DNA from: a virus
Lineage: Duplodnaviria; Heunggongvirae; Uroviricota; Caudoviricetes
Length of the DNA stretch: 13,558 nt
Virus record (IMG/VR): IMGVR_UViG_2690315994_000032
Strand: one strand, 5' to 3'
Below the pieces are notes generated by a model. It made no database searches. It had not been told where the DNA came from and was given only the letters and a program-made list of their open reading frames with translations. Numbering within the stretch: position 1 is the first letter of the stretch; each line of letters opens with the position of its first letter. The translations under genes and the position numbers were made by a program. This document shows positions 7,645 through 13,558 of the stretch, piece after piece.

Positions 7645-8817
7645 TTACGCGCTGACCTGGCTGGCGAAATTCACCAGGTACTGATCGGTGATGCGCTGGC
7701 GCAGCATCAGATTTTCAAGTGGCGGCACTGGCGTGTAGTCATAGTCGATGGTGAGTTTTCCGGCTTTCAGCGTGTCTTTGTCGTTCACCGACTCATCCAG
7801 CCAGCAATCACCACCAATGAGATAGCCCTGACTGACCAGGCTGCGTATTTTGGCGCGGATACCTTCGATAATGTCGCGGGCCAGCGACGGGTTAAGCGGT
7901 TTATCCACCGCCCACATGTGTGCTTCTGCCATTGTGTCCGTCAGCACCTGCGCCGTGCGGGTGTAGTTTTCGAAGGCAAAAAGCGGATCATCGCTCAGAC
8001 AGCGGGAACCCCAGAAGCGGAAACCGTCTTTACGCACAAGCGTGGTGACGTCGTTCTGGTTCAGCAGACCTGCATCGGTTGCCGGGTCCTGCAGATCCCA
8101 GAACACATCTGCAGAAATTCCGGTGACACCGTTCACGCCCACGTTGGACAGGCTTTTGTGCCACCCGGTCTGCTCATCAATTTTGGCACGCAGACCAAGT
8201 GCACGGGCGGTGGCATATGCCGTTGCTTCGGCATTCAGCACCGTGTCCCAGCCAGTAAAGTCGGGCCAGATCAGCATTCCTTCGCGCTGGCTGAAGTTTT
8301 CACGGTAAGTGATCTCCTCCTGTACCGTCTTGCAGCCATACGCTGACAGGTAAGCAAACCCACGCAGGCTTTGCGCCACGCTCAGCAACTCAGTCGCAAC
8401 GGCTTTGTTATCGTGACCTGGCACGCCGAGAATGCGCGGTTTAACGCCGAGCTGTGACTGGGCAGATAACAGAGCTTTCATGCCTGTTTTTTTACCTTCA
8501 GCAGTCACTGCGCCGATGATATTGGTCGTGGTTTCTTCTTCCGTTTCACCCTGCGGCACACGCACAACAACGGTCACGGGTTTTGCCTGGTCAGCGATGG
8601 CATCCAGCGAACGGGCCAGCGTGCCGGACTCACCCGCTTTACCGCTGGCAGTCAGCACATCAGTGATCAGCACAGGTTTGTTAAGAGGAAACATTTTTGC
8701 ATCGGCATCATCGCCCGTGCAGACCATGCCCACGATGGCGGTGCTCACCGTGGTAATGGATCGGGTGCCTTCGTTGACTTCAACAACGCGCACCCCGTGG
8801 TGGTAATCCTGAGCCAT
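7645..8817 (-). CDS. FI: Contractile tail sheath protein (P2 gpFI family)
   Basis: 390-aa ORF beginning [21 protein letters not shown]; perfect AGGAGG SD upstream of ATG 8817. First gene of the FI-FII-E-T-U-D block. Confidence 0.92.
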   Translation of the reverse strand: MAQDYHHGVRVVEVNEGTRSITTVSTAIVGMVCTGDDADAKMFPLNKPVLITDVLTASGKAGESGTLARSLDAIADQAKPVTVVVRVPQGETEEETTTNIIGAVTAEGKKTGMKALLSAQSQLGVKPRILGVPGHDNKAVATELLSVAQSLRGFAYLSAYGCKTVQEEITYRENFSQREGMLIWPDFTGWDTVLNAEATAYATARALGLRAKIDEQTGWHKSLSNVGVNGVTGISADVFWDLQDPATDAGLLNQNDVTTLVRKDGFRFWGSRCLSDDPLFAFENYTRTAQVLTDTMAEAHMWAVDKPLNPSLARDIIEGIRAKIRSLVSQGYLIGGDCWLDESVNDKDTLKAGKLTIDYDYTPVPPLENLMLRQRITDQYLVNFASQVSA

Positions 8818-8893
8818 AGTGGCGAACCTCCTGATTGGATTAGGCTTCGCCCTATGTTGAAGTGATTGTGCCTGACAAACAGCTAAGCGCAGT

Positions 8894-8911
8894 TGTACCG
8901 TTATTCACACA
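8894..8911 (-). promoter_or_regulatory. Candidate Ogr-dependent late promoter element (TGT-N12-ACA dyad) upstream of FI
   Basis: Minus-strand TGTGTGAATAACGGTACA, read directly, about 80-95 bp upstream of the FI start. P2-family late promoters carry a TGT-N12-ACA activator site centred near -55. Confidence 0.55.
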
Positions 8912-8959
8912 AAATGACGGTATTTGTCTACTTGCAGGGATAATCAAAATAATGCTGAT

Positions 8960-9526
8960 TCAGGGGGATTCATTACTCTTATTTGCCGGAAATTTTCTAT
9001 AAATTGTGGAAACACCCACATCAAAAATCAGTGCAATACGCTGTCTTGATTCTCCGGCCTCGAGTAAACGCCCAATCTGTGCCCACTGTTCGGTGGTCAA
9101 CTTAGGACGGCGTCCACCTACTCTGCCTTTGGCACGAGCTGCAGCCAGCCCTGCCCTGGTACGTTCAACTATCAGTTCGCGTTCCATTTCAGCCAGGGCA
9201 CCCATGACATGAAAAAAGAAACGGCCCATTGGGGTACTGGTATCAATACTGTCAGTCAGGCTTCGGAAATTCACACCACGCTGGCGCAACTCCTCTATCA
9301 GCGTAACAAGATGCCGCATACTGCGCCCCAACCTGTCCAGCTTCCAGACAACCAGCGTGTCTCCTGCCGATAGTGTCCTGAGCAGCTTTTTCAGCCCCGG
9401 TCTGTCGGACTTAGTGCCACTGATTTTATCCTCAAAAATCCGCTCACATCCCGCGCAGTTCAGTGCATTACGTTGCAAATCGGTGTTCTGGTCATTTGTT
9501 GACACGCGTACATAGCCAATAAGCAT
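8960..9526 (-). CDS. pin: Serine DNA invertase, Hin/Gin/Pin family
   Basis: Translation MLIGYVRVSTNDQNTDLQRNALNCAGCERIFEDKISGTKSDRPGLKKLLRTLSAGDTLVVWKLDRLGRSMRHL... has the resolvase/invertase catalytic N-terminus (serine in YVRVST) and a C-terminal HTH, closely resembling e14 Pin. The six-frame ORF starts at 9532 (MIM…); ATG 9526 has better SD spacing (GGGGGA, 5 nt). Confidence 0.93.
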   Translation of the reverse strand: MLIGYVRVSTNDQNTDLQRNALNCAGCERIFEDKISGTKSDRPGLKKLLRTLSAGDTLVVWKLDRLGRSMRHLVTLIEELRQRGVNFRSLTDSIDTSTPMGRFFFHVMGALAEMERELIVERTRAGLAAARAKGRVGGRRPKLTTEQWAQIGRLLEAGESRQRIALIFDVGVSTIYRKFPANKSNESP

Positions 9527-9581
9527 GATCATCCCCCTGAATAAAAACCGGAGATGATGCCAGTTAGCCGTTATCTCTGCA

Positions 9582-9607
9582 TTTTCATAAACGTTGGTTT
9601 GGGAGAA
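9582..9607. other. 26-bp gix/pix-like invertase crossover site A (TTTTCATAAACG-TT-GGTTTGGGAGAA), immediately upstream of pin
   Basis: Imperfect 12-bp inverted half-sites around a 2-bp core, resembling the Hin-family consensus (TTATCnAAAACC-core-GGTTTTnGATAA). Shares an identical 15-bp stretch TTGGTTTGGGAGAAG with site B in gene H. Confidence 0.7.
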
Positions 9608-9651
9608 GATGAACCGCCCCGGTTTTCCTGGAGAGTGTTTTATCTGTGAAC

Positions 9652-10539
9652 TCAGGCTGCCAGATCATCGTTTCTGATGGAAGCATAATAAGCTTTTTCT
9701 GCTTCTGCCGGAGGGATATGACCCAGCCTTCCCAGCAATCGTCGATTGTTATACCAGTCCACCCACGTGAGTGTGGCCAGTTCCACTTCTGCACGGTTTT
9801 TCCAGCTCTTACGGTGTATTACCTCCGCTTTGTAAAGACCATTGATGCTCTCCGCCATCGCGTTGTCATACGAGTCACCTGTACTCCCTGTTGATGCCAG
9901 CAGTTTTGCTTCTTTTAGTCGCTCCGTATAGGCCAGTGATACATACTGAGAACCTTTATCACTGTGATGGACTGTGCCGGACGGCCGACGGGCCCACAAC
10001 GCCTGCTCCAGTGCATCCAGCACGAATGTCGTTTCCATAGACGATGAGACTCGCCACCCCACGATGCATCCGGCAAACACATCAATGATGAACGCCACAT
10101 AGACGAAGCCCTGCCATGTGCTGACGTAAGTAAAATCAGCCACCCACAGCTGGTCAGGACGTTCTGCCACGAACTGACGGTTTACGCGGTCGCCTGCGGA
10201 AACGGCTTTCCGGCTGACGGTAGTACGGACCTTTTTACCCCGGAGAACACCGGCAAGTCCCATAACCGCCATGAGGCGCGCCACTGTACATCTGGCCACC
10301 CTGATACCTTCGCGTAACAACTGGCGCCAGACTTTACGCACACCGTACACCTGATGATTTTCATCGTATACGCGCTGTATCTCTCTCTTCAGCCAGTCAT
10401 CGCGCTGCGCACGGGCACTGCGTTTATCAGGATGATGTCGCTGTTGCTGACAGTGGTAATACGTTGACGGGGCAATATGCAGTTCACTGCATACCGGTCC
10501 GACCCCGTACTGCTCACGCAGCTTATCCAGCAGTGGCAT
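9652..10539 (-). CDS. IS629 OrfB (DDE transposase catalytic subunit)
   Basis: 295-aa ORF with an integrase-core pattern (…WVADFTYV…, …HHSDKGSQY…, …DNAMAESINGLYKAE…). Its ATG overlaps the OrfA stop as TAATG, next to an A6 run, so an OrfAB fusion by frameshift is expected. Confidence 0.88.
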   Translation of the reverse strand: MPLLDKLREQYGVGPVCSELHIAPSTYYHCQQQRHHPDKRSARAQRDDWLKREIQRVYDENHQVYGVRKVWRQLLREGIRVARCTVARLMAVMGLAGVLRGKKVRTTVSRKAVSAGDRVNRQFVAERPDQLWVADFTYVSTWQGFVYVAFIIDVFAGCIVGWRVSSSMETTFVLDALEQALWARRPSGTVHHSDKGSQYVSLAYTERLKEAKLLASTGSTGDSYDNAMAESINGLYKAEVIHRKSWKNRAEVELATLTWVDWYNNRRLLGRLGHIPPAEAEKAYYASIRNDDLAA

Positions 10540-10865
10540 TATTTTTTCCAGAGGCGGTCGAACTCCGCCTTCGCAAAATAAGCGGAAGCCTGGCGAAGGA
10601 TATCGTTACTGCGGCGCAGTTCACGATTTTCACGTTCCAGCTCTTTCAGACGCTGACGTTCAGCGGTGGTGAATCCACCATCACCACTCCCGGTATCCCG
10701 CTCATGCTGACGAACCCACACACGCAGAGTCTCTGGCGTACAGCCAATCTTTGGGGCAATGGAACAAATTGCCGCCCATTGTGAGTCATATTCGCCCTGA
10801 CTTTCCAGAACCATACGAACTGCCCGTTGACGGACCTCGGGGGAAAAACGTGTATTTTTAGTCAT
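10539..10865 (-). CDS. IS629 OrfA (HTH transposase subunit)
   Basis: 108-aa ORF with HTH region and leucine-zipper-like C-terminus ([25 protein letters not shown]), typical of IS3-family OrfA. Confidence 0.88.
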   Translation of the reverse strand: MTKNTRFSPEVRQRAVRMVLESQGEYDSQWAAICSIAPKIGCTPETLRVWVRQHERDTGSGDGGFTTAERQRLKELERENRELRRSNDILRQASAYFAKAEFDRLWKK

Positions 10866-10920
10866 CCTGTTTACCTCTTTCTCAGGGAGTTTAGTCTCCA
10901 GGATTCCCGGGGCGGTTCAC

Positions 10921-11403
10921 AGCTTCCTGCCTTATCTCGCCTGGGCGTTCTCTGTGGATCGCTGGGACGAGGGCTGGACAGAAAGCGTCAAACGCCAGGT
11001 AGTGAAGGATGCTTTTTATATTCATCAGCATAAAGGAACTACCAGTGCCGTGCGGCGGGTGGTGGAACCGTTCGGATTCCTGATCCGCATTATTGAGTGG
11101 TGGCAGACCGGAGAAACACCGGGCACGTTTCGCCTGGATATCGGCGTGCAGGACCAGGGCATCACTGAAGATACCTATCTGGAACTTGAGCGGCTGATAA
11201 GCGATGCCAAACCATGTAGCCGTCACATGATCGGCATGTCCATCAATCTGCAGACCAGCGGTCCGCATTGGGTGGGGGCCGCCAGCTATCTTGGCGAAGA
11301 AATCACGATCTATCCGTATATCAACGAAACAATTATTTCCGGCGGCACCGCGCATGAAGGCGGGGCGGTCCATGTTATTGACACAATGAGAGTGAATCCA
11401 TGA
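10921..11403 (+). pseudogene. I: Baseplate assembly protein I (P2 gpI family), 5'-truncated by IS629
   Basis: The reading frame is open from the first base after the IS end (SFLPYLAWAFSVDRWDEGW…) with no in-frame start upstream; the six-frame ORF begins only at an internal GTG (10954). The translation resembles the gpI region …LLPWLAWAFSVDRWDE… as I recall it, so the N-terminus is missing. Stop overlaps the H start as ATGA. Confidence 0.75.
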
Positions 11404-12956
11404 GCACAAAATTTTATACCCTGCTGACGGATATTGGCGCGGCGAAACTTGCCAGCGCCGCCGCGCTCGGTGTGCCGCTAAAAATTACCCATATGGCGGT
11501 GGGCGATGGCGGCGGAACATTGCCAACGCCGGACGCCAAGCAGACAGCATTGGTAAATGAGAAACGCCGGGCTGCGCTGAATATGCTCTATATCGACCCG
11601 CAGAACAGCAGCCAGATTATTGCTGAACAGGTGATCCCTGAAAACGAGGGCGGTTGGTGGATACGTGAAGTGGGCCTGTTTGATGAGTCCGGGGCATTGA
11701 TTGCCGTGGGCAACTGCCCGGAAAGCTATAAGCCGCAACTGGCTGAAGGCAGCGGGCGTACCCAGACCGTGCGCATGGTGCTGATTACCAGCAGCACGGA
11801 CAATATCACCCTGAAAATCGACCCTGCCGTAGTGCTGGCAACCCGCAAGTATGTGGATGACAAGGTACTGGAGCTGAAGGTGTACGTGGATGATCAGATG
11901 GCAAAACATCTTGCCGCACCGGACCCGCATTCACAGTATGCACCCAAAGAAAGTCCGACGTTTACCGGGACACCAAAAGCGCCAACTCCAGCGGCAGGGA
12001 ATAACACCACGCAGGTTGCGACCACCGCGTTTGTTCAGGCGGCACTGACGGCTCTTATTAATGGTGCGCCAGCCACGCTGGACACGCTGAAAGAAATAGC
12101 CGCAGCCATTAACAATGATCCGAATTTCAGTACCACCATTAACAATGCGCTGGCACTGAAAGCGCCGTTGTCGAGTCCGGCACTCACCGGAACGCCAACA
12201 GCCCCCACTGCTGCACAGTCGGTCAACAATACACAGATTGCCACCACGGCTTTTGTGAAATCGGCGATTGCAGCAATGGTAGGTTCTGCACCTGCGGCAC
12301 TGGATACACTGAACGAACTGGCGTCGGCGTTGGGGAATGATCCGAACTTTGCCACGACAATGCTTAATGCGCTGGCAGGTAAACAACCGCTGGACAATAC
12401 GCTGACTAATTTGAGTGGAAAGGATGTCGCTGGTCTTCTCGCATACCTTGGTTTGGGAGAAGGTTCTGCATTACCCGTTGGTGTGCCTGTTCCGTGGCCT
12501 TCCGCCACTCCGCCAACAGGCTGGCTGAAATGCAACGGTGCGGCTTTTTCTGCTGAAGAATACCCGGAACTGGCAAAGGCTTACCCGACCAATAAATTGC
12601 CTGATTTACGCGGTGAATTTATTCGTGGCTGGGATGACGGTCGCGGGATTGATACTGGTCGCGCTTTGCTTAATTGGCAGCCACACACAATTTTGGACCA
12701 TGCACACTATATGGAATTATGGACAGGGGACGGACTCGCCGCAGGAAGTGCACGGGAAGGAGTAAACCCAGGAATACTGGCTACATACGGTGACGGGGGA
12801 ATAGTTAAAACGGACGAACCCGGTCTTAAGGTGCCTTCCTCACTACGAGCTATTAGCTCTCGTAGTGTTAAACGTTATGGTGAAATTAGTGAAAATGTAG
12901 GTACAGAAACTCGTCCTCGTAACATCGCTTTTAATTATATTGTGAGGGCCGCATGA
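11400..12956 (+). CDS. H: Tail fibre protein (P2 gpH-like N-terminus; C-terminal tail-collar/receptor-binding module)
   Basis: 518-aa ORF. N-terminus MSTKFYTLLTDIGAAKLASAA…MAVGDGGG… is gpH-like. Middle has two tandem copies of the conserved fibre repeat (…TGTP.APT…NNTQ.ATTAFV…LDTL.E.A.A..NDPNF.TT..NALA.K.PL). C-terminus has collar motifs (GWLKCNGAAFSAEEYPELAKAYP…LPDLRGEFIRGWDDGRGID). Confidence 0.9.
   Translation: MSTKFYTLLTDIGAAKLASAAALGVPLKITHMAVGDGGGTLPTPDAKQTALVNEKRRAALNMLYIDPQNSSQIIAEQVIPENEGGWWIREVGLFDESGALIAVGNCPESYKPQLAEGSGRTQTVRMVLITSSTDNITLKIDPAVVLATRKYVDDKVLELKVYVDDQMAKHLAAPDPHSQYAPKESPTFTGTPKAPTPAAGNNTTQVATTAFVQAALTALINGAPATLDTLKEIAAAINNDPNFSTTINNALALKAPLSSPALTGTPTAPTAAQSVNNTQIATTAFVKSAIAAMVGSAPAALDTLNELASALGNDPNFATTMLNALAGKQPLDNTLTNLSGKDVAGLLAYLGLGEGSALPVGVPVPWPSATPPTGWLKCNGAAFSAEEYPELAKAYPTNKLPDLRGEFIRGWDDGRGIDTGRALLNWQPHTILDHAHYMELWTGDGLAAGSAREGVNPGILATYGDGGIVKTDEPGLKVPSSLRAISSRSVKRYGEISENVGTETRPRNIAFNYIVRAA
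11952..12395 (+). repeat. Tandem duplication (2 x about 222 bp, 74 aa) inside tail-fibre gene H
   Basis: Two successive units starting AGTCCGACGTTTACCGGGACACC (11952) and AGTCCGGCACTCACCGGAACGCC (12174), encoding SPTFTGTPKAPT… and SPALTGTPTAPT… with roughly 60% protein identity by eye. Unit boundaries are approximate. Confidence 0.6.
12436..12461. other. 26-bp gix/pix-like invertase crossover site B (TTCTCGCATACC-TT-GGTTTGGGAGAA) inside gene H at the constant/variable junction
   Basis: Same architecture as site A; right half-site and TT core are identical to site A. Encodes …LAYLGLGEG…, immediately before the collar/receptor-binding C-terminus, matching the Sc/Sv junction position in Mu/P1/e14-type switches. 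Confidence 0.7.
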
Positions 12957-13558
12957 TGAATAAAGCTGTATTAAATAGCGAACTCATTGCCATAAAAGCG
13001 GGAGATATTACCGTTTATAATTATGATGGTGAAACGCGGGAATATATTTCTACATCAACTGAATATCTCGCTGTCGGCGTCGGTATCCCGGCATGTTCCT
13101 GTCTGGATGCACCAGGTACACATAAAGCTGGTTATGCAATCTGTCGCTCTGTAGATTTAAATTCATGGGAATATGTGCCAGACCATCGCGGTGAAGTTGT
13201 CTATAGTACCGAAACGGGAGATACCAAAGAAATCACAGTTCCGGGTGATTACCCTGAAAATACAACCACTATCGCCCCATTAACGCCATACGATAAATGG
13301 GATGGTGAGAAATGGGTGACGGATACCGAGGCACAGCATAGCGCCGCACTAGACGCGGCAGAAGTAAAGCGCCAGTCGCTGATTGATGCTGCAATGGCTT
13401 CCATCAGTCTGATTCAACTGAAATTACAGGCCGGGCGGAAGCTGACGCAGCCAGAAAACACCCGACTTAACGCTGTGCTGGATTATATTGACGCGGTGAC
13501 GGCAACAGATACCAGCACAGCGCCGGACGTCATCTGGCCTGAACTGCCGGAGGCGTAG
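12953..13558 (+). CDS. G: Tail fibre assembly chaperone (P2 gpG / Mu U / Tfa family)
   Basis: 201-aa ORF with ATGA overlap to the H stop and GAGGG SD. The C-terminal region (…QSLIDAAMASISLIQLKLQAGRKLTQPENTRLNAVLDYIDAVTATDTSTAPDVIWPELP) is the conserved Tfa chaperone motif. The stop codon is the last 3 bases of the window. Confidence 0.88.
   Translation: MMNKAVLNSELIAIKAGDITVYNYDGETREYISTSTEYLAVGVGIPACSCLDAPGTHKAGYAICRSVDLNSWEYVPDHRGEVVYSTETGDTKEITVPGDYPENTTTIAPLTPYDKWDGEKWVTDTEAQHSAALDAAEVKRQSLIDAAMASISLIQLKLQAGRKLTQPENTRLNAVLDYIDAVTATDTSTAPDVIWPELPEA

Larger units (their letters stand above)
9610..10919 (-). mobile_element. IS629-like insertion sequence (IS3 family), 1310 bp, transposase on minus strand
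   Basis: Terminal inverted repeats TGAACCGCCCCGG… at 9610 and …CCGGGGCGGTTCA at 10919, read directly. Encloses two overlapping ORFs whose translations ([27 protein letters not shown]… and a DDE transposase) I recognise as IS629/IS1203-type. Flanking triplets differ (AGA vs CAG), so no target-site duplication. Confidence 0.9.

Noticed and set aside
9585-9794. 69-aa minus-strand ORF spanning the IS629 end and pix site A
   Set aside because: Overlaps the transposase OrfB in another frame and crosses the IS terminus; no independent support.
9607-10922. Target-site duplication flanking IS629
   Set aside because: Flanks read AGA and CAG; no 3-4 bp direct repeat. Recorded as evidence for rearrangement rather than simple insertion.
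10891-12535. Minus-strand ORFs of 150-172 aa overlapping genes I and H
   Set aside because: Antisense to the baseplate and tail-fibre genes, whose frames show conserved protein motifs; Cys/Arg-rich artefactual translations.
1-13558. CRISPR array, integrase/excisionase, toxin-antitoxin pair or restriction-modification genes
   Set aside because: No spaced direct-repeat array and no ORF with tyrosine-recombinase or other such signatures was seen. The only recombinases are the serine invertase pin and the IS629 transposase.

Overview
Escherichia/Shigella-type chromosomal window: smpB and ssrA (tmRNA) are followed by the tail-gene end of a P2-like prophage that has been rearranged by an IS629 element. 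On the minus strand lie ogr and the late tail operon FI-FII-E/E'-T-U-D, plus a Pin/Hin-family DNA invertase. On the plus strand, beyond IS629, lie a 5'-truncated baseplate gene I, tail-fibre gene H and tail-fibre assembly gene G. Two things stand out. First, a 160-aa AT-rich ORF between ssrA and ogr with a WYL-like N-terminus and a BRCT-like C-terminus, which is not a P2 core gene. Second, a host-range switching system (pin plus two 26-bp gix/pix-like crossover sites) that appears broken: the sites are in direct rather than inverted orientation, IS629 sits 2 bp from one site with no target-site duplication, and gene I is truncated at the other IS end. I infer an IS629-mediated inversion that locked the tail fibre and left the prophage defective. 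All family assignments are from reading the translations and recall of protein families; no database search was run. No integrase, CRISPR array, or att repeat was found in the window.
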